Shown piece after piece: positions 46,846 to 54,906 of a DNA stretch of 57,277 nucleotides. The stretch spans positions 1 to 57,277 of the IMG/VR virus record IMGVR_UViG_3300009169_002640; one strand, written 5' to 3'. Below the pieces are notes generated by a model. The model was not told the origin of the DNA. It was given only the letters and a program-made list of their open reading frames with translations, and did not search any database. Source of the stretch: a virus (taxonomy: Duplodnaviria; Caudoviricetes). How positions within the stretch are numbered: position 1 is the first letter of the stretch; the number at the start of each line of letters is the position of its first letter. The position numbers and the translations under genes are program-made.

Positions 46846-47019
46846 CTTCCTAGTCGAGCCTCGCCTAGAACGCCAGCCCGTGCCGAGATTCCGGCTTGTG
46901 CCTAGTTTTGCCTTGTTCGCATTGCCGATCCTGTATGCGCCTTGCCGTGTCACGCCCCGGACGCCATGCCTAGCCGGTTCCTTCCAAGCAATGCCTAGCC
47001 CGTCCTAGCCAAGGCTGCC
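46846..47019 (-). repeat. pentamer-periodic GGN-NN array B (putative guide-like ncRNA)
   Basis: Minus strand: GGC A GCC TT GGC TA GGA CG GGC TA GGC AT TGC TT GGA AG GAA CC GGC TA GGC AT GGC G TCC GG GGC GT GAC AC GGC AA GGC ... Confidence 0.75.
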
Positions 47020-47544
47020 GCTGTCGCCCAACGCCTTATCCAGCGCGGGCCAGTTCACGATCTCCTCCAGATTCTGCAAGCGCCCGTACTTGCGCCTGAA
47101 GGCTTGCAGTTCACGCAACGCCTGCGCCAGCATCTGCACCGAGAGGTCAGGAGTTCCCCGAACGATGTTGAGGGGAACGTACACCCGCTCCTCTTCATCC
47201 TCCGTACCCGCGCCGTCTTGGACGTTCACGAAGAAGCGTACCGGTTCTGACCGCTCCCCCTCCTCGTTGCGCGTAATGACGGTGATGCTCGCCATCATGT
47301 TTCGGGCCTCGCGCAGTCGGTACAGCCGTGCCGCCTCCGTGTCATCCCAGGTGAAGGCGTCGTGGAGGGGACTCCTGGCCCTCCGCGCCGTGGCGACGAT
47401 GTTTTCCGGGGTGAGTCTCACGCCGCCGGTGTAGAGGCGGTAGAGTTCCGCCCCCCATCGGGCCGCTTGCTCCGGGGAGACGCGGCTGCCTGCCGCCGCT
47501 AGGAAGCGCATAGCCTCTTCCGTCCCTACGGGGGCTGTACTCAC
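47005..47544 (-). CDS. hypothetical protein, partner of the RAMP-like gene
   Basis: LTPENIV..AR...SPLH..FTWDD.EAA..YRL..AR; its start overlaps the upstream gene's stop. Confidence 0.75.
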   Translation of the reverse strand: MSTAPVGTEEAMRFLAAAGSRVSPEQAARWGAELYRLYTGGVRLTPENIVATARRARSPLHDAFTWDDTEAARLYRLREARNMMASITVITRNEEGERSEPVRFFVNVQDGAGTEDEEERVYVPLNIVRGTPDLSVQMLAQALRELQAFRRKYGRLQNLEEIVNWPALDKALGDSGSLG

Positions 47545-48299
47545 GAGATAGCTCCCATCTTCCGGGCGATGTCAGACGCCCTGGAGAGAGTGGTCGTCAC
47601 GTCGGGGAGGCGGCGGTAGCGGGGGAGTTCGGAAACGGGAACTTGGCGGGCCTCCGCGATCTCCCACCTGCCCCAGGTGTCGCCCGACTTCTCCGGTCTG
47701 TTCTCGCCCACGCCGATCAGCGTTCCGGCGATGTCGAACAGGTTGAGAAGCTGCTCCAGCGTCATGATGTGCGGGTAGTATTCGACTCCTACCTCACACC
47801 GCCAGTCCTGATACTCCGGGCGGTAGGTGAGGTAGACGGTCCCCGTCTCCAGCCTCACCGCGTCCTCTCTCGCTTCGACGCGGGAACAGGTGATTGGAAC
47901 CACGTCCCCGCTCACAAAGAACTGCCCGCGAGCGCGGGACTTGAACAGTCCTGTGCCGTGAGCCGCCGCCGACACCGCCGCCTTCTTGAAGGCGATGGAG
48001 GGGAACCCGTATCTCCCCTCGGTGATGGGGAGGGACTCATTTCCCTCAACGTGATAGTGCGCCCCCGCGATCTCCTGGGCGATCTTCTCCGGGGTGCGGG
48101 CGTCCTTCTTCGCCTTGGTCGCCGTGCCGCCCTGCTTGTCGCTGATAGCCTGCTTCGCGAACTCAGAGAACTTGTGAACTACCAGTGGGGTTACGCCGCG
48201 CAGCGTGATAATCACGCCGCGCCTTTCGAGCGCCGGCAACTGCACTTCCGTTTGCGTCTCCGTCGGTACTGCTGCTTTCTCTCTTGCCACCTTGCTCAT
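47541..48299 (-). CDS. RAMP/Cas7-like protein
   Basis: ITLRGVTPLVVH, YGFPSIAFKKAA, YRPEY..W and a Gly-rich loop IGVGENRP....WGRWEI. Confidence 0.7.
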   Translation of the reverse strand: MSKVAREKAAVPTETQTEVQLPALERRGVIITLRGVTPLVVHKFSEFAKQAISDKQGGTATKAKKDARTPEKIAQEIAGAHYHVEGNESLPITEGRYGFPSIAFKKAAVSAAAHGTGLFKSRARGQFFVSGDVVPITCSRVEAREDAVRLETGTVYLTYRPEYQDWRCEVGVEYYPHIMTLEQLLNLFDIAGTLIGVGENRPEKSGDTWGRWEIAEARQVPVSELPRYRRLPDVTTTLSRASDIARKMGAIS

Positions 48300-48335
48300 C
48301 TCCTCTTTCCTTACGGCTTACTCGCCGTGATTTGT

Positions 48336-48553
48336 ACGCCTTGCTAGGCCCAGCTTTGCCAGCCCTTGCCTCTCCGCGTCCGCCATGCCAGTCCACACCG
48401 CGCCTATCCAGGCCCGGTCCTGCTTTGCCTCGTCTGCCTTGCCGGTCCCCGCCGTTCCCTTCCAGTCCCCGACCCGCCTGTCCATGCCCGGCCCAGTTCG
48501 CCATGCCTGTCCTAGCCCGTCCACACCAAGCCTTTCCTAGCCAAGTCTGCCAT
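48336..48553 (-). repeat. pentamer-periodic GGN-NN array A (putative guide-like ncRNA), four units
   Basis: About 40 GGC/GGA/GGT-like triplets alternating with variable dinucleotides; the phase resets at ATGGCAGAC, ATGGCGAAC, AAGGCAGAC and ATGGCGGAC. Confidence 0.85.
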
Positions 48554-48634
48554 GTCCCTTACTTCACGCGCCCAGGCGTCGCGATCTGGTGGTAGGGGTT
48601 CAGGTTGCGGAGGCGGAGGGCGCGGGCGATCATG

Positions 48635-49618
48635 TCAATCGCCCTTTTCCAGATAGGCGTCGCTTACGATCTTCAGTTGTAGGCGGCCGATAACCTCCGA
48701 TTCCCGGTCGGGCAGCGGCTTGACGACAATGCCCTCGCGCGGGTGATTAGCTTCAGGCCATAGCGATGCGCCATCCGAGAGCGCAAGCAGTTCCGCCAGA
48801 TTGAACTCTCCCCGGTATACTTCAGGAACCCAGCGAATCCCATATGGCGCGGTGCGGTCGCGTGCCGAGTCGTGCGGCCACCAATTCCCCCTCTCGTACA
48901 CGTCGAAGGCCGCGAAGAAGATGTCATTCCCGGGGACGGCACCATAGCGGAGGCTCTGAACTTTGCCGAACACCTCTCCGTAGAGAACCACGTCGGAATG
49001 TGCGCGACAGAACGCCTCGATTCCGTGGTGACGTTCGAGCGCCTGCCACCAGAGATTGATTCCGCTCGGCCGCTTCCACTCTCCGCGGGAGCCGCAGTAC
49101 ATGCGACTCTCAGATGCCGACCAGACAAAGCGCGCGTTGGCCCCATGTATCTTTTCGGTGGCGACGACGGGTTCGCCGGGTATGAACAAGTCGCAGTATC
49201 GGCGCAGGTTTTCTACGTCATATTTGCTCGCGTAGATCATCGGAGGGGCGGACTCTGCCTCGCCTCCCGTTCCTGTTCCCTGGAGGGGAGGTTCGTAGTG
49301 AATTACCCCTAGCGTCTCCGCTACATCATCACCAATAGAGCTGCCGTCCGGGGCCGCCACTAGCAGGCCCTGGGAGATAGTCCCGCGGAACTTGCGTACA
49401 CGAATGCGGCGGTCTTTCTCCCGCTCTCCTAGGAACGCGTACTCAGGCGTAGCTGGCACCACGGAATCGGGCTGAATGTATGCGCCCGCCGTTACGCCAT
49501 TCCAATCTGCCGTTCGCACTACCACTTGCCAGCCAAATACCCTTACAATGCTGAGGCTGTCTGCGTTCGGATGTGGCTCTAGCACCACAGGCACAACGTC
49601 TACTCTATGACTGCTCAT
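48635..49618 (-). CDS. RNA ligase (Rnl2 / DRB0094-like)
   Basis: N-terminal PHPNAD.L OB-like domain, EKIHGAN motif I, YGEVFG, AFD, REGIVVK, LK. Confidence 0.88.
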   Translation of the reverse strand: MSSHRVDVVPVVLEPHPNADSLSIVRVFGWQVVVRTADWNGVTAGAYIQPDSVVPATPEYAFLGEREKDRRIRVRKFRGTISQGLLVAAPDGSSIGDDVAETLGVIHYEPPLQGTGTGGEAESAPPMIYASKYDVENLRRYCDLFIPGEPVVATEKIHGANARFVWSASESRMYCGSRGEWKRPSGINLWWQALERHHGIEAFCRAHSDVVLYGEVFGKVQSLRYGAVPGNDIFFAAFDVYERGNWWPHDSARDRTAPYGIRWVPEVYRGEFNLAELLALSDGASLWPEANHPREGIVVKPLPDRESEVIGRLQLKIVSDAYLEKGD

Positions 49619-49643
49619 TAACTCCTCCCTTCATCCTTCATAG

Positions 49644-50033
49644 TCAGAACAGTTCCCCCTGCGCGCCGATCTCCTCATACCTCACGCCGTCGCCGGTGAC
49701 GACGCGGCGCAGCCCTTCGATCTGCTGTTCGGTGCGCTCCAGGTGGGGGGCGAGGGCCGCGCGGTGGTCGGATTCGGGCGGCAGGACCAACCGGTAGCGG
49801 TACTCGTCGCGCCCTGGAATGGGTTCGCCAGGAATGTCGCCACCGAGGAGCCGAAGGGCGGCGCGCAGTTGGGCGATAGCCCCGTCGTGTGACCACCCCC
49901 AAACCCCGAACGCCTGGTGAAGCTGAGTCGCCGTCACCCAGTCTCCGTTTGCCGCGAGTAGGCGGTCAAGGACGCGCCGCTTCTTGCTGCCCGGTTTGGG
50001 GGCGACGGCGGCGTAGAGGTCGGGGGCGTTCAC
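49644..50033 (-). CDS. winged-helix-like DNA-binding protein
   Basis: RVLDRLL..GDWVT..QL......IAQLR..L....I.....YRL. Confidence 0.5.
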   Translation of the reverse strand: MNAPDLYAAVAPKPGSKKRRVLDRLLAANGDWVTATQLHQAFGVWGWSHDGAIAQLRAALRLLGGDIPGEPIPGRDEYRYRLVLPPESDHRAALAPHLERTEQQIEGLRRVVTGDGVRYEEIGAQGELF

Positions 50034-50224
50034 CGTCCCCGCTCCTTGAAGTCGCGGCGGCAGACATGCTCCGCCACGGTCAGCCCGCGATACTCCGGGG
50101 CAAGCGCGGGGTCGTGGGAGGAGTGGCCCTTGGCGCAGGGCTTCGCGGTCCCTGGCGGCCCAGCGTTACGATCCCAGTGCGCGCAGAGTCCGCAGCACTC
50201 TGCAATGCGTGTTACCTCGCCCAT
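50030..50224 (-). CDS. small Cys-rich protein
   Basis: AGGAG RBS; CCGLCAHW. Confidence 0.5.
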   Translation of the reverse strand: MGEVTRIAECCGLCAHWDRNAGPPGTAKPCAKGHSSHDPALAPEYRGLTVAEHVCRRDFKERGR

Positions 50225-50574
50225 GTTCGGCTCCTGGTGCGTCTGTGCTGCTAACCCTAGTCCACCACCAACCCCCGGTACTGCTCCCCTGTGTCTCGGC
50301 TGGGGCGGGCCTGCGTATGACGCAGAACCGCGGGTGCGCCTCCTGCAAGCCCGCCCCCCTATCGGCGCGAGGTCGGAGTGCTCGCCTTCGAGTGGTCGGA
50401 TGTGACTCTCCACACCTCCGCTTCCGGTAGGGATACGCCCGTTGCGCCACTCACACCGATAGCCGCCAAGTCGCGTCTCCTGTGCGTCATGTCGGGGCGG
50501 GCTGGCCCTCTCCGCGTCTGCGGGTATACGACCCCGGAAGTGAGGCCCTCGCCGACCCGCCCCGAACTCTCGCG

Positions 50575-50757
50575 CTACAGCCCTCCCTCCGCGTCGGGGA
50601 TGATCCTCCCGGACACCCCGAACGCCGCGTTCAGTTCCTCCTGCGCGTCGTGCACCTCACACTGCGCGGCCGCGTATTCCTTCTCGGCCTTCGCCAATCG
50701 GCGGTAGGCCCGCGTGTGCCGCTCGGATGCGGCGACTCGTCTCTCGGTGTCTGACAT
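50575..50757 (-). CDS. hypothetical protein
   Basis: GGAGG RBS. Confidence 0.5.
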   Translation of the reverse strand: MSDTERRVAASERHTRAYRRLAKAEKEYAAAQCEVHDAQEELNAAFGVSGRIIPDAEGGL

Positions 50758-50927
50758 CTCTCACCTCCCGTGTAGTGACTGCTCAGTGGGGCGGCCCGGT
50801 TAGCTCGCCGGGGACTCCGTGCGGGGTTGGCCCATCTGCCTCCCCGAGCCGCCCTCTCAGCAGTCGCCTACGCTACGCTCCGCTCCGTCCTCGCGCTCGA
50901 TAATCTGGAGGCCTACGATGGTGGCGG

Positions 50928-53210
50928 TCATCGGGTCGTCACCTCCACGCGGCTGCCGTCGCCGTTCTTGGTCACCTGGATACAGGTCGGGAAGGCGTCC
51001 TTGAGGTCGCCCAGGTGGGTCACGACCAGCACCGTCGCGAACCGATCGGCCACACGCGCCAGGCATTCCACGAATTGCGCCTGGCCCTGCTGGTCGAGTG
51101 GCGCGCAGGTCTCGTCAAGCACGAGCAGCTCACACCGCGCCCCGGCCCTGGCCGCCAACATCTCGCTCAGCCCGACGCGGAGGGCGAGGTCAACGCGCAT
51201 CCGCTCCCCGCCTGAGAAGCTCTCGTACAGGCGCGGCCCACGTTCGTCACTTACCACCAGGTCGAGCGTCTCCGCCAGACCCTTCGCGACCTGCCTCTGG
51301 GTCCTCAGTTCCAGGCTCATCCGCCCGTCACTCAGCGTCTCCAGCACCTCGTTCGCCGCGTCCTGGAGAGCCGGTATCGCCTGCTCGATCAACAGGGCAG
51401 GAATTCCGCCCTTCGAGAATGCGCCGTCACGCGGGCTGCCCAGAATAGTGAGCAGTTGCCGGCGCCGGACCAACTTGCCGACCTGCTCGCGCAGGGGTTC
51501 GATTCGCCCGGCCGCTTCCTGCGCGGCCTCCAGTCGGGAACGTAGGCCGCCAAGGTCGGAGAGGCACTGCTCCAGGTCCGTGCGGTAGCACGCCACCATC
51601 CGCTGCTTCTCGGCCGCGAATGTGGCGTTGTCGCGCAGGAGCGTCGCCCAATCCGCCTCCGCCCCGAGCGCAGCGGTGAGTTCGGCGATCCGGGCCGTGA
51701 GTTCGTTCAGTTCGGCGCGGCGTGCCTGCTCTGCGCTGAAGGCCTCGGGCAGTTGCGCCTCCGCCTCCTCTACCTGGTGAAGCCGGCCGAGCCAGGTTTC
51801 CAGCGTAGCCGCGTCCGTCTTGGCCTTCGCGTGGGCGGCCGGGTCGTACTGCACCAGGGCCCGGTCAGCCCTCAGCGCCTCTAGCGCGGCGGCCTCCGCT
51901 TCGCCGGGGGTGATAGCCCGCAGCGCCGTGGCCTTCGTCTCGTCGTCCGCCCAGGGAATCTCCGCCTGCAGTGCCTCAAGCGCAACCTCCATCATCGGGA
52001 GCGCGGTCTGTGCCTCGCGCGCTTGCGCGATCAGCGGACACTGCTCAACCATCGCCGTCGCGCCGGTGGCGGCACACGGCACGGTGTCCAGCACCGCAGT
52101 CTGCTTGCGCCGGTCGGCGATCTGGTCGGTGAGGATGGACGCCTCGCGCTCGTGGGCTGTCCGCTTGGACTTCACCAGGGCGTCCAGTGCCGCCAGGTCG
52201 CCCCTGTGCTGAGTGTGTGCCGTATTGACCTTGGATTCGGCCAGCAGCACCGCCTGGTCGAGCCTCTGCGCTTCCTGGCGTAGGCCCTCCAGCCGGTCGG
52301 ACTCAGCCTGTGCCTGTCGTGCCGTCGCGAGTGCAGCCTCCGCCTCCAGGCGGAGCGCAACGCGGGTGCGCAACTGCTCGGCGCGCTGAGTGGCCGCCTG
52401 ATACTCCGCCTTGACTCCCGATTCCCGGCCTTGCAGGTCAGTGAGTTCCTTACGCGCCGCCTGGTCCTGGGTCTGCTTCGTGAGCAGCTCCTCGCGGTCG
52501 GCTTGCAGGTTGCGGACATTCGCCTCCGCGACCTCCTGCCGCTTCGCCGCGTCCGCCTGTCGCTCAGTGACCTCGGCGATCTGGGATTCCAGCGCCGGGA
52601 CCTGCGCGGCATAGGCGTCGAGGTCATAGACCTGCCGCTCCAGTCCCTCGGCCTCGGCCTGCGCGTTACGAGCCATCGCCCGGGCAGTCTCTGCTTTGCG
52701 CTCCCAGGCGTCGAGGTTGAGAATGGAGGCCAGGACCTGCTTGCGGTCGGCGGGCTTCGCGTCGGCAAAGGCGGCTGCGTTGCCCTGCGTGCTGAATGCC
52801 GTCTGCCGGAGCAGGTCGGCGGTCATGCAGAGGACCTGCTCGATCTTCTCCTGCGTCTCCCGCTCACTCTTCCCGTCGAGGACCACCGGCCCGTCCTCGG
52901 TCAGCTTGTGGAAGGCCGTGGTGGTCTTCCCGCTTCCCTTCGTGGAGCGTTGGCGAGAGACCATGTAGGTGTCGCCATTCAGCGAAAACTCGAACTCGAC
53001 GCGCCCGATCTGCTCTCCCTCGGTGACAATCGTGTCCGCGTTGCCGCGAGCCTCGCCGAAGAGGGCGTAGAGTAGACTGTCGGCCGCGAGGGTGGACTTC
53101 CCGGCGCCGTTCTGGCCGCTCAGGACCGCGAGGGAGACGCCAGACAGGTCAATCTCATGGCGGCCGCGGAAGGAGTGGATGTTTTCGAGCACCAGTCTAC
53201 GCGGTCGCAT
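50928..53210 (-). CDS. sbcC: SbcC/Rad50-like SMC ATPase
   Basis: GQNGAGKS, Q-loop STQG, long coiled coil with Cys pair, FSGGE signature, LVLDE, VVTH. Confidence 0.93.
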   Translation of the reverse strand: MRPRRLVLENIHSFRGRHEIDLSGVSLAVLSGQNGAGKSTLAADSLLYALFGEARGNADTIVTEGEQIGRVEFEFSLNGDTYMVSRQRSTKGSGKTTTAFHKLTEDGPVVLDGKSERETQEKIEQVLCMTADLLRQTAFSTQGNAAAFADAKPADRKQVLASILNLDAWERKAETARAMARNAQAEAEGLERQVYDLDAYAAQVPALESQIAEVTERQADAAKRQEVAEANVRNLQADREELLTKQTQDQAARKELTDLQGRESGVKAEYQAATQRAEQLRTRVALRLEAEAALATARQAQAESDRLEGLRQEAQRLDQAVLLAESKVNTAHTQHRGDLAALDALVKSKRTAHEREASILTDQIADRRKQTAVLDTVPCAATGATAMVEQCPLIAQAREAQTALPMMEVALEALQAEIPWADDETKATALRAITPGEAEAAALEALRADRALVQYDPAAHAKAKTDAATLETWLGRLHQVEEAEAQLPEAFSAEQARRAELNELTARIAELTAALGAEADWATLLRDNATFAAEKQRMVACYRTDLEQCLSDLGGLRSRLEAAQEAAGRIEPLREQVGKLVRRRQLLTILGSPRDGAFSKGGIPALLIEQAIPALQDAANEVLETLSDGRMSLELRTQRQVAKGLAETLDLVVSDERGPRLYESFSGGERMRVDLALRVGLSEMLAARAGARCELLVLDETCAPLDQQGQAQFVECLARVADRFATVLVVTHLGDLKDAFPTCIQVTKNGDGSRVEVTTR

Positions 53211-54372
53211 CGCACACCTCCTGCGCCACGCCGAGCAGTTCGTCGCGCATGGGCAGATAGTCGGGGTGCTGCGCTAGGTATCCATCCAAGGCCGCGCCCA
53301 GGTCACTCTGCGCCGTGATATCCACCTCGCGGCGGCGCACTGTCTCGGCGCGCTCGATCTCGACGGAGACCTCTGCGGCGCCGTAGGACTCCAACACGTT
53401 CCGATAGCGGCCCACCTCGGACTGCCACTCTGCCGGCACTCGCAATCGGATGACGGATCCCTGGGGCACCTGGTCGGGCCAGGGATACCCTTGTGCCTCC
53501 AGCGTCACAAATTGCCGCGCCGGCGTCGGGTAGAACTCCGCCGCGTGCTGGCCCTGCTCGAACGTGTGCAGGTAGTAGCCATGCTCGTGCAGTCGCTCGC
53601 CCTGATTGACCGTCTCGGTGCTGCCGGAGTAGCCGATCCAGGGTCTCTCGTGTAGCACCTGCGGCTTGTGGACGTGGCCGCCGAGTACCGCGTCGAAGCC
53701 GAGCGCCGCGAGCTCGTGGACCGAGAGCGTCACGTCGCCAGTCAGCATCATCATCCGGTCCTGCGGGCCGGCCTCTGCGGTGTCAATCGAGAAGTGGTGG
53801 ATCAGGACAGAGGGAATGCCAGGAGCGCGCTGCGTCGCGAGCCCCCGCGCGATATCCATCAGCTTCTCACGCATGGCCGCGGCGAGGTCGGCGGGGGAGA
53901 GGTCGCGCATCTGCTCATCAGCGAGGAGCCGCGCCTTGTGGGCCGAGGGTAGGCAGGCGATCTGTAATGCTGACTCGGCAGGGTCCCGCTCGTCGGGTAT
54001 CCTGATCATCTCCGGGTAAGCAGCGACGCGCAGCCCCGGCGCATCTTCGAGCAGCGTCAGGGCGTGCTGATAGATGAGGTTCCGATTCGCTTCGTGGGTT
54101 CCGAGGAGTAGGAGGCAGCGGACCCCATGCTCCAGCGCGGGAGCGAACGACTCCCGCGCCCAATGGACCTCGGTTGGGCTGGGTTTCGCGGAATCCAGAA
54201 GATCTCCGCAACTGAGCACCAACCGCGCGCCGCGCCGGATACCGTCCTCGACCGCGAAGCGGGCGCAGCGATAGCGATCCATCAGCGCGCCATTGAGGCC
54301 TGTCTCGGAATCGAGGCGGCTGCCGGCCGGGCCGAGGTGCTGATCCGCAAAGTGGAGGAGGGTGATGCTCAC
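53197..54372 (-). CDS. sbcD: SbcD/Mre11-like metallophosphoesterase nuclease
   Basis: HFADQHLG, GDLLD, GTHE, GGHVHKPQ, YSGS. Confidence 0.92.
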   Translation of the reverse strand: MSITLLHFADQHLGPAGSRLDSETGLNGALMDRYRCARFAVEDGIRRGARLVLSCGDLLDSAKPSPTEVHWARESFAPALEHGVRCLLLLGTHEANRNLIYQHALTLLEDAPGLRVAAYPEMIRIPDERDPAESALQIACLPSAHKARLLADEQMRDLSPADLAAAMREKLMDIARGLATQRAPGIPSVLIHHFSIDTAEAGPQDRMMMLTGDVTLSVHELAALGFDAVLGGHVHKPQVLHERPWIGYSGSTETVNQGERLHEHGYYLHTFEQGQHAAEFYPTPARQFVTLEAQGYPWPDQVPQGSVIRLRVPAEWQSEVGRYRNVLESYGAAEVSVEIERAETVRRREVDITAQSDLGAALDGYLAQHPDYLPMRDELLGVAQEVCDATA

Positions 54373-54563
54373 CGCGCCCTCCTCTCCGCGTCCGTCAGTA
54401 CCAGGCGGCGCTTCGCCTCCTGTAGCTTCCCGATAGCCTCAGTGATAGAGCAGCCCGCGTCCTGATGGTCGCTCCGTGTACACCGGAAGCTGATCTCCTC
54501 AAGCTCCTTCTGCGCCCGCGTGATCTGGCCGCGCAATTCGCTCTCGCTGTGGGTCTCAGCCAC
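54369..54563 (-). CDS. hypothetical protein
   Basis: Coupled ORF with GGAGG RBS. Confidence 0.5.
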   Translation of the reverse strand: MAETHSESELRGQITRAQKELEEISFRCTRSDHQDAGCSITEAIGKLQEAKRRLVLTDAERRAR

Positions 54564-54906
54564 GGTCCACCTCCCGCCGCGCCGCGCGCTTCCGCGCGTG
54601 ACGCTTCACCAGTCTCCGGTTGATTCGCGCCTCGGGCGCGCGCCAGGGGCCGCGCAGGGCGTGGCGCAGGTAATGAGCCGCGAGAGAGCGGTCATAGTCA
54701 TGGGGGCTCTGCGCGAGGAGCCGCGCGTCATACTCCGGGCGAATCGGGCGACCTGCGGCCTCGCGCTCCTGTGCGTACTGCTCATATGCCGCCCACTGCT
54801 CAGGCGTGATCTCGGCTTCGGGCCGCGGAGGGGCAGCAGGTAGCGGGCTAGCCATGCCTGCCGCGCCCTCCGCCGCGCCGTCGAAAGAGAGGGAGAGTGC
54901 GCTCAT
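54556..54906 (-). CDS. hypothetical protein
   Basis: Coupled ORF. Confidence 0.45.
   Translation of the reverse strand: MSALSLSFDGAAEGAAGMASPLPAAPPRPEAEITPEQWAAYEQYAQEREAAGRPIRPEYDARLLAQSPHDYDRSLAAHYLRHALRGPWRAPEARINRRLVKRHARKRAARREVDRG

Noticed and set aside
48163-48524. ORFs 48163..48504 and 48318..48524 (-) and 48284..48595 (+)
   Set aside because: Their Gly/Arg/Pro-rich translations are artefacts of the pentamer array, and some overlap the real gene.
46846-48553. Classical CRISPR array or simple microsatellite
   Set aside because: There are no 25-40 nt identical repeats with unique spacers, and the units are not identical as slippage repeats would be.
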